The notes under the pieces are model-generated. The model saw nothing but the letters and a program-made list of their open reading frames with translations, ran no database searches and was not told the DNA's origin. Below are positions 51,540 to 63,958 of a stretch of 64,000 nt of DNA, piece after piece. Numbering within the stretch: position 1 is the stretch's first letter; each line of letters begins with the position of its first letter. The translations under genes were made by a program, and so were the position numbers. Source of the stretch: Octopus bimaculoides (taxonomy: Eukaryota); NCBI RefSeq assembly GCF_001194135.2, contig NC_069002.1:36458074-36522073 (forward strand), read 5' to 3'.

Positions 51540-53969
51540 TTACTGCAGGACATTATAGGGAAAATCTTTTCCAAGAGGGTGGCGAGAGGACTTCGGAAAA
51601 TTTACAAGATATGAGCTTTTCCTTCGCAACTTTTTAGGATGTATGTATGCCGTTTGAAAGGTATTTCTATAAAATTTCATTGAAAAAGAACCCATTTTCC
51701 TAAAAGGAAAAGCTCGGATTTTGTGAATTTTACGAAGTCCTCTCCCTACCTCCTTGGAAAAGATTTCCCCCACAAATGTCATTATAATCGTAATGGTGGA
51801 GTTCGATGAAAGCTTGTTCTTCAATAGCAAGAACAATGTAGGACGAATGTGTCGCAAAACTTGGTTTGTCGGATGTTATGACACCACACCNNNNNNNNNN
51901 NNNNNNNNNNNNNNNNNNNNNNNNNNNNNNNNNNNNNNNNNNNNNNNNNNNNNNNNNNNNNNNNNNNNNNNNNNNNNNNNNNNNNNNNNNNNNNNNNNNN
52001 NNNNNNNNNNNNNNNNNNNNNNNNNNNNNNNNNNNNNNNNNNNNNNNNNNNNNNNNNNNNNNNNNNNNNNNNNNNNNNNNNNNNNNNNNNNNNNNNNNNN
52101 NNNNNNNNNNNNNNNNNNNNNNNNNNNNNNNNNNNNNNNNNNNNNNNNNNNNNNNNNNNNNNNNNNNNNNNNNNNNNNNNNNNNNNNNNNNNNNNNNNNN
52201 NNNNNNNNNNNNNNNNNNNNNNNNNNNNNNNNNNNNNNNNNNNNNNNNNNNNNNNNNNNNNNNNNNNNNNNNNNNNNNNNNNNNNNNNNNNNNNNNNNNN
52301 NNNNNNNNNNNNNNNNNNNNNNNNNTGTTACCTGCTTAAAATTTTGGCGCGAAAAATTACTAAAGGAAAATGGAAACACTTGATGCCATTTCAAAACTGT
52401 TTTGCAGCTTAAGGATTATATACCCTGGGATCTATATATCCAGTAATTTTAGCAGGTAGATAAAAGATATTGTTTTAATACACTTTCACTTGTTTCAAAC
52501 AAACACTAACATGGTTTCCTTTTTGTCCAGACATCGTTACCACTAATTTTTATAACCTCAGCATTCGTTTATTGTTCTTTTCAAACTTTGATTTTTCAAT
52601 CTAATGTAATTCCACACTCTAGAAAACGTATTTCTGCAAAATGTCATCTTAAAATATGGACCTCTTTCTAGCATATAGGATGTCCACTTAGTGGTCATCC
52701 CTTCTTATACACACACACACATATAGATAGATAGATAGAGAGAGAGAGAGAGAAGAAGAGAAAGTAATAACAAGTGAATGAGAATAACTACGGAAGGGTT
52801 AAAAAGAAAGAGTAAAAATAATTGAAGATAAAATGAAACAAAAATGAAGCCAAAACATTTCTATAAAAATTCATTGAAAAAAACTCCCATTTTCCTAAAA
52901 GTTACGAAGGAAAAGCTCAGAACTTGTGAATTTTCCGAAGTTCTCTTCCCACCCTCTTGGAAAAGATTTTCCACACAAATTACTTTATAATCTTAATGTA
53001 TGCCGTTTGAAAAGTATTTCTATAAAATTTCATTGAAAAAAACTCCATTTTCCTAAAAGTTACGAAGGAAAAGCTCGGATCTTTGGAATTTTCCGAAGTC
53101 CCCCCTTCCCGTTGCTTTGCGCACATTTATTTTTATATTCGTTTCCTAGACATTGTTTTACACCCATTCCAATATATTTTTTGGAGTTTCATTTCCGGGT
53201 CAAGATATAAACATTAACCATAATTTCTTCTAATGCAGATGTTTTAAGCATTGTAAATTCAGATTCTTTGAAAAATAAATATGAAATAGAATGTGTGGAG
53301 GGGGTAGATCTTTTGGCCCACTTTATGTAATTTTCGAGGTTTTACTTTCTTTTGAAAAAATTTTTTTTACATCTATGTTTCAAGAATCTGAAATTGTGAT
53401 TTTTTTCAAATTACATGTAACATAAATTTAAAAAGTATTCGAAAAGTAAAAACTTTTAAAAACATTACAGGAAAATGGAGAGAGACCCAACGAAACTCAT
53501 TTTTCTCCTTTTCTTGTTTTTGCCTGTTTGTTTTCTATGATTCTTCAAACATACATCTACGAAGAAAATAATTTTTGGTGCACAAATTTCCGATTCTATT
53601 CAAATGCGAATGCATGCATGTGATGGGGGTACCATGGTTTTTATGGTGGTGGGCATGGCTGTGTGGTTAGAATAATCTACTCACGTCCACCCCATTGCAC
53701 AGCTCTTGGCTAAGAGTCTTCTACTTATAGTCTCAGACCGATCAACGCTTTGTCAGTGAATTCGGTAAACGGAAACAAGAGTGGAAGTCCCTAAGTCTGT
53801 CTGTATGTATGCCGTTTGAAAGGTATTTCTATAAAATTTCATTGTAAAAGAACCCATTTTCCTAAAAGTTACGAAGGAAAAGCTCGGATTTTGTGAATTT
53901 TACGAAGTCCTCTCCCCAACCCCTTGGAAAAGATTTTCCTTACAAAAGTCTTTATAATCGTAATGGTGG
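51540..53969. repeat. Local ~165-bp dispersed repeat, 5 copies in the AP5S1 intron
   Basis: Core tcctaaaagttacgaaggaaaagctcggattttgtgaattttacgaagtcc; + copies at about 51640-51800, 52857-52995, 52996-53110 and 53802-53969; - copy at 51545-51639. Confidence 0.9.
51796..52430 (+). mobile_element. Merlin / IS1595(ISXO2)-like DDE transposase remnant spanning a gap
   Basis: VEFDESLFFNSKNNVGRMCRKTWFVGCYDTT before the gap; YLLK/FWREK...FKTVLQLKDYIP after it. Confidence 0.7.
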
Positions 53970-55475
53970 TTCTGTTCGTGTACGTCCTTGTAACATAGCA
54001 TTTAGGCAAAAGAGACCGACAGATTAAGGACCAGACGACGTGTAAATGCAGAGTCGATTTAATCGACTAGAGACTCCGACGTGTGCTATAGCATGGCCGT
54101 AGGTCAACTACTGAAACAAGTAAAAAGTTAAAAAGTAAAATAGTAACCCCACCACCACCACCACCACTATCTGCACTGTGACATGTTAAACTGGGTCTAT
54201 ACTGTAAAAACAGGCACACTGTATTTATCGAGTCACAAGATACACAACGATGTTACACCCATCTTTATAGTCACATGATAAACACAACTTATAACCAGTA
54301 AACATATCGACCATATATCCTCTGCGTTGACAAAACTATTACAGACATGACCAGTCTGTTTTTTAGTATAGATAAGATTTCATTAATTTAATTTGGCTGC
54401 TATTTCTGGAAGTCGTTCATCCAGCGACTCGCTATGCTAAATTTAAATTCTTCTATAGGGACAAATTATTCATAGAAAGATTTGTTTTGTCTGCTTAATG
54501 TCACAAGGTAAGGGAGAGAAAATGAGAGAAGAAAGGTAAGCAATAGGCAGACGACAGAAAGCAGACGATAGAAAGGAAACGAACGACAGAATGAAGAAAG
54601 TAAGAGGCAAACATAAGAATGAAATAATGTAAATGATAGAAGGAAGAGAGAAAAGTAGGAGAAAGAATGAAAAGTAACATTCGATGGAAGAAAGAATGGA
54701 ATGTAGAAAAAAGACAGGTGGGAGATAAACGAAAGGAAGAAAGCAGACGACAGGAGAAAGAATGAAATGTAGAAAAAGACAGAGAAAAATAAAATGAAAG
54801 GGAAATTTTGTTTGACTTCAGGTCAATCCTGGGAGACTAAACTGATGATGAAAGACATTCAAACCATGACTATTGCCAGTCTCTCCAGCAGACACCAATA
54901 TACCGTTTCCAATCGGTGTTCACCGTATATACCAGTATATTCAATCAATATTTTCTTTTTTCTCTAGGCACAAGGCCCGAAATTTTGGGGGAAGGGGGGC
55001 TAATCGATTAGATCGACCCAATACGCAAATGGTACTTAATTTATTAACCCCGAAAAGATGAAAGGCAAAGTCGACTTCGGCGGAATTTGAACTCAGAACG
55101 TCAAGACAGACGAAATACCGTTAAGCATTTCGCCCGGCGTGCTAACGTTTCTGCCAACTCGCCGATTCAATCAATGTGTACAAACTCTCTTGTCAATCTA
55201 CATGACAGTCAATGTTTATATTCGAGTTAACAGGTCACTTTACATGTTACAACATGCTAAAACATCGTGGATGCACTTCACCCCAGACAGATAGGAGAAT
55301 CTCCATGTGATTACACGGCCTACAAGAAATGGCAACCAAATTTTCATCAAATCAATACACCACATCGTATTAAAAAAAAAAAAGACAGTTGATTTGATAA
55401 TGCAGTTCAGTAGTGCAGAGGTTGACTAGTTCTTAAGTAAGAGGAGGTCGTCATGGCAAGAATGCTCCCCCCCCC

Positions 55476-55523
<48 letters not shown>

Positions 55524-55636
55524 TAGACAGACAGATAGATATGTATATATTTATGTATACACACACACACACACATTGTAACCCTATTGTACATATTGAT
55601 TCTACACCCATTCAGTGCACATACATGTCTAAACTG

Positions 55637-55675
<39 letters not shown>

Positions 55676-55983
55676 TCACCAATTCTAGACCCACACATAA
55701 CTTTATATGCGCCCTTTCGACTTTTCGACGGAAAGAACCAACGAAGGACCCTACTAGAAAGAGCGGCGGAATCTGTCCCTACCAAATCTCATCGTCTTAA
55801 AAAAAGGGGCGGAGTCAATGGATTATATAGCAGTCCGAGAGGGATAATGCACGATGATAATAAAAGAAAAAGACCTGGATGGTCATGGCTGGAACGTCAT
55901 CATACATCTGTGTAGCTAAACAACAATAACAAGAATGAGGGTATTGGAAGTGGGGAAGAAAAATGAAGCGAACCTGCACCCAC

Positions 55984-56412
55984 CTGGAGATAGCGAACTA
56001 TGTGTTTGAGAATAACTTCGGCGATGAGTCGGTTCTCGGTTTTATCGCAGACCAAACTGAAAGCCAGGGTGCCAGCTCCGTACCAAACGATGACCTTCTC
56101 GTCGGCATAGGGAGCGTGTTCGGATAACCTGAGGACACCACACTCCAGTTCGGGTAGCCCCAAGCCATTGTCGATGTTGGTGGCTCTGGCTAGATCTTCG
56201 TCCAATGATCGTCCCGATACGGTTCTTCGGAACTGGTATTCGCCATGAACCACATCTGCGACATACTGCCACTGGGCCTGCCGGACGCAATGCCATCGGC
56301 TTCCCGATTCCTTGATCTCATACGAAGTTAAAGGATCCTGGCGGAATGTCGACGAATGCAGCACAAGACTCGAACCTGGAAGAAGTGTGTGGATGATGAA
56401 GGCGTGAACCAT
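55984..56412 (-). CDS. AP5S1: AP-5 complex subunit sigma-1, exon 1 (143 aa)
   Basis: MVHAFIIHTL...VWYGAGTLAFSLVCDKTENRLIAEVILKHIVRYLQ|gtgggt; resembles human MVHAFLIHTL...VWLGVLSLGFALVLDAHENLLLAE. Confidence 0.93.
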
Positions 56413-56565
56413 GACCGTCTGCTCGAAATTATTTTTTAAAACCGGTGAACAATAAACTTAGTCCCTTTTTATATTTGTTCCAATCGTGTGATCTCTGACG
56501 CAGCAGTAAATAACATAGAATCGATATAAGCCAGGGAGAGATCCTCAACTTTTGGTTGCTTCATC

Positions 56566-57077
56566 TGCTAGAAATAATAGCTATAGTCCGAGTGATCTGA
56601 TACTTCAATGCTTTTAAGGATGAAACAGCGGTGTAAGTATGGAATCGATGCGAGCTAATGAAGAATCTATCACTTGTTTGTGGTTGCTTAAANNNNNNNN
56701 NNGAGTGATCTGATACTTCAATGCTTTTAAGGATGAAACAGCGGTGTAAGTATGGAATCGATGCGAGCTAATGAAGAATCTATCACTTGTTTGTGGTTGC
56801 TTAAATTGCTAGAAATAATAGCTATAGTCGAGTGATCTGATATTTCAATGCTTTTAAGGATGACACAGCGGTGTAAGTATGGAATCGATGCGAGCTGATG
56901 AAGAATCTATCACTTGTTTGTGGTTGCTTAAATTGCTAGAAATAATAGCTATAGTCCGAGCGATCTGATGCTTCAATGCTTTTAAGGATGACACACAGCG
57001 GTGTAAGTATGGAATCGATGCGAGCTAATGAAGAATCTATCACTTGTTTATGGTTGCTTAAACTGCTAGAAATAGCA
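56566..57077. repeat. ~128-bp tandem repeat (4 or more copies, internal 9-N gap)
   Basis: Unit starts tgctagaaataatagc at 56566, 56807, 56934 and 57064; near-identical copies. Confidence 0.95.
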
Positions 57078-57229
57078 GCCATATCTTTCACTATGTGCAC
57101 CGGGTGTTCTTATTTATTATTTTTTTTTTTTTTTGAAAGAAAGAATGTATTTGATAATGTAGTCTTAGATACAACTATTGTACGAATTCTCAATAATAAT
57201 GTTATCTATGTCAGAAGTGAAAGAACGTA

Positions 57230-57338
<109 letters not shown>

Positions 57339-57639
57339 GTTGTATGGAATTTCAACCAACACACTTGTTACATATTGAACAGGGCCATTTTCTTGAAGGG
57401 ATTAACATACTGTCTTTTTCCCCTACTAACTAAGACTTTGGTTTTGCTAAGTTAACTTTAAGGCCCTCTAATTCCAGGATTTGCTTCCATACCAGGAATT
57501 TCTTTTCTAATTTTATTACAGATTCAGTTATGAAAATAAGGTCATCAGCCTAGGGAAACTCCCACAGATAACCAGTCAGAAACTCCTTTGCTATGGCTTG
57601 TAGATGGGTGGACTATGATAAATAGGAGAGGACTGAACT

Positions 57640-57960
57640 CTGATGAACTTTAACCTGCCTATTGTATCCTTTGTGAACTCTCACCTGTACATGACTTGGA
57701 TAGCTCTTGTTAGCCATATGTCTACTTCTAACTTGCAGAGTGACCACCAGATTAGGGAGTGAGGGATTCTGCCAAAGGCTTTCTCCACGTTCATAAATGT
57801 TAAGTACAGTGGTTTACTTTTAGCTAAATACTTCTCCTGTAGTTGCCTTACTAGAGAGAGAGCATCAGTAGTGCTTCTTCTTGTCCCAAAACCATTCTGC
57901 ATCTCCTCTTAAGCCTTTTTCTAATTAGGTGAGCCATAACCCTTTCTGTAATTTTCATAT
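57640..57960 (-). mobile_element. RTE-clade RT fragment
   Basis: GFGTRRSTTDALSLVRQLQEKYLAKSKPLYLTFMNVEKAFGRIP. Confidence 0.88.
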
Positions 57961-59860
57961 CCTGACCCAGCAATTTGATAACCTCTGTAATTACTTTTCT
58001 CTAAGGCTCCCTCTTTTCCTTCATAATAGTAAAATAAAGTAATATAGTTTTATATACACTTTGCCTGAGAAGGTGAGATGGTCATAGGTGGAATGTCTTT
58101 GAACATAGGTTGGCTCAATCAGGGTTGAAATGAGGTGAAAAACAGCAACAATTACGCATTCTCTCGCCTTTATACATACGCTTGTAAAAAAGACATGCAC
58201 ATACTCTTACATGTTTGGAGTTGGTAAATTCTGCTTTGGTTGTAAAAACACAACAGTATTCTATGAAAGGCACAAAAGTTGTGATGTTCATGCCTTTCTC
58301 TGAGAAATATCAGCAAAATGAAGTGAGATGTTTAAAACTAGGAATTAAAACTGAATGCCAGCCACTGATAATTCTAAATCCATTCACTCCGTGTCAGAGG
58401 TGAGGGTCACTTGACACGTTCAGTTTATTATGCCTTTTTTATGCTGAACTGGCAAAGTCATCGAAGTGTTGGACACAAAGCCTTGAGATACTTGTTCCAA
58501 CTCTCTGCATTCTGAGTTCAAATTCTGCTGAGGTCAACTTTACCTTTTATTGTTCTTTTGTCGTTGTTAAAAATAAAGCAGCAATCTAAACCAGAATTGT
58601 TGGAGAAGTGGTTCCAGACACAAGGTCTATAGACACTTGGGTAGTGCTTGGAGATTCTGAGCTGAATTTAAAATTCATTTGAGTAGACAGATCTTAAAAG
58701 CCTGGAGTCTGTGGGAAAATTCATTCAGTTGAAAGACATCCCTCAAATTGGAAATCATTGCACCTGAGCATTGGGTGAGATACCTTGCAGTATCAGGTCT
58801 GACTCTGGTGCCAAGTTGTGTCATCCTTGCTATTTTCTTGGACATCATCAGTGACATGGAGAGAGAAGAAATTTGAATGTATGGACAATTAGTCTTCCAC
58901 AAAAATCTCCTTCAAAAGGGGTCCTTGATTGGTATTTATTTTATTAATGAGAGAAAGAAGAAAAGCTGAATTTGAACTAAAAACAGTGAGGAACCAACTT
59001 AGTTACTGTATAGCATCTAACTTGGCATTTTACCGTCGCAGTTATCAACACTATATTTTTTTGTAATGATGAAAAGCAAGAGAGTGACAAAAGTAAAGTT
59101 TGCTATGACAAAAATCGTGGACAATTCTATCATATAAAAGATAAGCATTTTATTTTCAAACACTACTTGATACATTTTATGGTCAGCTACCAATTTTTTA
59201 GTTTGGCTTGTTACACTGTTTAGTTCTAAATAAATAAAGTGAGAAGGTAGCTGTCTGACCCATGTCAAATCTACCTTCTCGCTGTGTTACATACACATGA
59301 CAGTCAGGTTATCTTCTCATTAGTGTGGATGCTTTGATGGTTTCTTGTTGTTAATTGCTGCTGATACTGTGCTTGATCTGTTGTAGTAGTGACGGTGATA
59401 CAGGCAGGTTTGTCCTTCAACTGGAGTCAAAGTAAAACATATTATTGTCTCTGCCGATTTGCTTCTCTACCAAAAGGCAGGCAAGCAATTAGTTTGATGG
59501 GTTACTTGATAAATAGGTCAAAGTTCACAAAATGGAATAAATTTTGTTGTGAAGAAAAGTTCAACATTTAAGGAGGAATCTTTTGTTGAAAGTGTTTATA
59601 ATTTAGGTGTGCTGGTTATTGTGTTGGTGGTGCTGTGGTGGTATTGGTGGTGGTGATGATGAAATTTGTGATGTAGTGTTGATGATGTTGGTGGTGTTGT
59701 ATGATGTTGGTACCTGCAAAGTTGTAGGTGTGCTGGTAAAGATGGTGTTATGATAGTGCCAATGATATTAGTGTTGTGGTGCTAGAGAAGGTGGTATTTT
59801 GGTAGTGTTGTGGTGGTGGTATAATGCTGGTAATGGAAAACTCAAAAATATAGAAAAGCA

Positions 59861-60890
59861 TCAATCTTCTTCTTTGCCGTTTCTATCAAATGCAAAGTTG
59901 GTAAAACCAAACTTAGTCGGAACTTGGTAGCTGTTAGATAAGTAACTGTCATTTCCTACATATTCTCCTCCTCCCCCTCCTTGTTCATACCCTTCTGCAT
60001 CTTTTCTCCCTCCAAGAAATGACCCAGACCAATCACCAAAAGGTCCATTATGATCAACATTGGCTCCATCTTGAAGAATATGTGATCTAGGCTGATCGAT
60101 ATATGAACTAGGCTGATCGATATATGAACCAGGCTGATCGATATATGAACTAGGCTGATCAATATACGATTCAGGGTGACTGGTATTTGATCCAGGCTTA
60201 CCAATATATGATCTAGGTTGATCAAAATATGATCTCATTGGATCAATCTCTGATCTGTTCTGATCAATAATGAATTTTGACTGATCAGAATTTGATCCTG
60301 GTTTATGAAAATATGATTTTGTCATATCAATATCTGATCTGTTCTGATCAATATAGGATTCAGACTGATCAATATTTGATCCAGCTTGATCACTATATGA
60401 TTCAGCTTGTTCAAAATATGATCTGGCTGGATCAATTTCTGGTCTAGTTTGATCAACGTGTGATTTGTGCTGATCTATATTTGATTCAAACTGATGATCC
60501 ACATGGGATTTCGGTCTGTTGCTGCTGCCACCACTATAGCCGACAGGTTTTCTCTTTGTTAACATTGCTCTGCTTCGCTTTCTCAAACGGTCAGTTGGCC
60601 TTCTGGTACCACTGTTTGCAGTCCGACCAAAGTTACTTTCAGATGAAGATGAGGCAACAGCATTGACTGCCATTTCAGTGATGCTTCCATTACTTTCGGA
60701 ACGATTATTTCTCTGTTGTAAAGAATGGTGAAGTGAGGAATCAAACTGTCCATCTTCGGTAGGGATCTCATCACTTGAATTGACCGTCCATTGTAAGATT
60801 TCATTTTCAACATGTCGGATTTCTCTGTTCAGTTGAAACTTCTTCAGCTTGGCCAACTTGATCTCATCTAAATGCGTCTCATACTTGAGT
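59861..60890 (-). CDS. Terminal exon of an unrecognised gene (342 aa; coiled-coil-like start, heptad-repeat tail)
   Basis: ctcttttttcag|A-LKYETHLDEIKLAKLKKFQLNREIRHVENEILQW...GFTNFAFDRNGKEED*; 1030 nt open in AT-rich DNA; phase matches the upstream exon. Confidence 0.85.
60047..60487 (-). repeat. Coding 21-bp tandem repeat (21 heptads, consensus xSxIDQx)
   Basis: Plus-strand unit like ctaggctgatcgatatatgaa; no indels across 147 codons. Confidence 0.9.
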
Positions 60891-61489
60891 CTGAAAAAAG
60901 AGAGAAAGCAGAATTCTTTTTGTATCTATGAAAAATTGGCAATATATATATATATAAATAAATAACGAACCAAGACTCCTGTCTTAGGGTATCAATATCT
61001 TCCCCTCTCTCTCTCTCTCTCTCTCTTTTCTAAGGCAGTGAGTTGGTAGAATCATTAGCAGACAAGGCTAAATGCTTAGCATCAGTTTATCCATTCTTAC
61101 ATGCTGAGTTTAGATTCCACTGGGGTTGACTTTGCCTTTCATCCCTTTCAAGGATTGATAAGATAAGTACCAGTTGAGTGCTGGGGGTTGATGTAATCAA
61201 CTCAGCTCCTCTCCACATAACTGCTGACCTTGTGCCAAAATTTGAAACCAATATTTTCCTCCTTACCACTAGAGTGAGATACCCTGCAAAAATACATCGC
61301 TTGACAACTGATGCTGGTGCATCTATGTCCCCATAGCTTAGCGGTTCGGCAAAAGAGACCGATAGAATAAGTACTAGGCTTACAAAGAATAAGTCCTGGG
61401 GTCGATTTAATTCGACTAAAGGTGGTGCTCCAGCATGGCCACAGTCAAATGACTAAAACAAGTAAAAGAGTAAAAGAGTTATAATATAC

Positions 61490-61772
61490 CGTTGTGCTTC
61501 TCTGTCAGCATGGAGCATTGAAGTATATTTACTGCTGAAGCCTCTTCCATGGTTGACCTTCTTGTTCAGAACACTGGGCAATGATGGTGGTTTCTTAGAA
61601 ATGATGCTGGATCCCATTTTTGTGTTAGCTGTTGGTGGATTCAGTGTTTTGGCTCTGGCAGTTGGTGATCTGGCTGTGGGTGAAACTAATGTTGAAGCTG
61701 AGGTTGGTGATAGGACAAGAGGTGCAGGGGATTTACCTTTAGGTGCCCACCTCTGCTTTCGTTTGGTATCAC
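61490..61772 (-). CDS. Penultimate exon of an unrecognised gene (S/T/P/K-rich)
   Basis: atttcaacag|GT-DTKRKQRWAPKGKSPAPLVLSPTS...MLHADREAQ-CG|gtatat; the phase-2 end joins the next exon in frame. Confidence 0.75.
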
Positions 61773-61881
61773 CTGTTGAAATAGAAATACTGAACATGAG
61801 AAAAAGATCTCATATTTGTTTTAGAATATATATATAGACTTGTAAGTGTTTAGTCTGGCTGTCTGTCAGTATTTTAATGTG

Positions 61882-61949
<68 letters not shown>

Positions 61950-62269
61950 ATATATTTATGTATATATATATGTATGTATATACATGTATATGTATATCTA
62001 TACATGCGTGTCTTTGTGTTAGTGTTTGTCCCCCTTCCCCACCACTGCTTTACAACTCGTGTTGGTGTGTTTACATCCCCTTAACTTAGTGGTTCCACAA
62101 AAAGAGATTGATAAAATAAGTATCAGGTTTTTAAAAAAATGTACTGGGGGTTGATTCATTCGACTAAAATTTCTTCAAGGCAGTGCCCCAGTATGGCTGC
62201 AGTCTAATGACTGAAACAAGTAAAAGGTAAAAGATGAAAAAAATATACCTGCAAATATCAGCAATCAAT

Positions 62270-63100
62270 TTTACACCTACTGATTGATATTAATACCTCT
62301 TCCATAACAGTTGCACGAGTCAATCCAGTCCATAAAAATTAAGAAAAGGTGATCCTTACCAAATTCCAACACCCACGTTGAAAGGTTTAAACTTAAACCA
62401 TTTACCTGAATACAAACACCTGGGCGTTCATATAGTGACTTCACAGCAAATAGAAATTGTCCATTAATTGCAAATTCTTGCAAAAAACCTCCACATTTAT
62501 ATCTCATGGCACAAGGTTGTTTGTATTTTTGGGGTCTACAGAGCATGTGTACATCTAACAATATTCCCACAATTTCTCAAAGACCTGCCACAGAGTGAAT
62601 ATCTAATCGGTTGCACTGCATCCCAGAGAGAGCCACACTGTGCCTCAGTCAGCTTGGATCAATGTTTTCCCTACATCTCTTTCTCAGACATTTAGTGTAG
62701 ACTTTACTGGGGACGCTCAACAATGGGATTTCTCTGTAATTAGAGCATTCCCTTCTCACCCTTTTTAAAAAATTGGTATTATCACCTTGGATAGCCATTG
62801 CTTTGGTGTCTTTCCAGAAGTCCACATCACCTGACATACATCATTCAGCCAGAGAATATCTTCCTTTATTTAAGACTTTTAACATCTCTAACAGAATTCA
62901 TCCTCTCCAATAGCCTTGTCCCATTTGTGCACCTTAATTACCTCTGTGAGGTTAGTTTTCACCCCTAGATGCATCTGATGTCCACCAGAAGATTTTTTTT
63001 ATTGTGACTGGATTTAGGAGAATAGCAAGGTATTCTATCCACCTTCCAAAAATACTCTCTCTTCCTCCTGCTGTCACATCCTGGCTGTGGTGTTGGGTCA
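62270..63100 (-). mobile_element. RTE-clade RT fragment in an intron of the unrecognised gene
   Basis: RWIEYLAILLNPV, ECSNYREIPLLSVPSKVY, AVKSLYE..VCIQVNG, LFLIFMDWI. Confidence 0.85.
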
Positions 63101-63958
63101 AAAGGTGGGATACTTAAGGGGCTGCCTTTGTTTGCTTGCAACTAACTAGGTACCTAAACCAGTTAATGAAAGCATAGCACATATTACCAAGCTATACTCA
63201 TTCAGTATATATAAACGGTAGTTTCTTTCAGTGTCCACCAACCAAATCTACTCACAAGGCTTTGTGCCAGCTCAGGGGTATAGCAGAAGACACTTGGCCA
63301 AGGTGTCATGCTTTAGGATTGAACTCAGAACCATGCAGTTGGGAAGCAAACTTCTTACGATATAGCCAGGTCTGCTATGATATGTACACATACATACATA
63401 CATACATACATGTCTATGTATATACACATGCACACACATATATATGTGTGTGTGTGTGTGTGTGAAACTATTTATACTGTGAAACTTAATTTAATTTTAA
63501 TTTTTGATAAATTGAATTTAATTGAGTTTTTATCTGTAAATTTGGATTTTTATCCCTAATATCATTATATATATATATATATATAATCTCTGTTCAGATA
63601 TGTATGTATTTGTTTGTGAGTGTGTGTGTGTGTGTGGGAAGAATACAGGAATGTCATCAAACATCCGGTTACTGGAGATATTTTCAAAATAAGGAGTGTT
63701 AGTATCACAAAGAGCAGTCACAGGCACTTTTATTTTATAATAGTACAATATATGTGTGTGTGTGTGTGTCTATAATGAGTGTGTGGTAAGAAACTAGGCA
63801 CAGGAGTGGCTGTGTGGTAAGAAGGTTGCTTCCCAACTATGTGGTTCTGGGTTCAGTCCCACTGCATGGCACCTTGGGCAAGTGTCCTCTACTATAGTCT
63901 CAGGCTGACCAAAGCCTTGCAAGTGGATTTGGTAGACAGAACCTGAAAGAAGCCCGTC

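Noticed and set aside
54470-54810. Long purine-rich tract
   Set aside because: Low-complexity GA-rich intronic sequence with no period or ORF support
56566-57077. CRISPR-like appearance of repeat arrays (also 60047-60487)
   Set aside because: No unique spacers, no cas genes, eukaryotic context; these are plain tandem repeats
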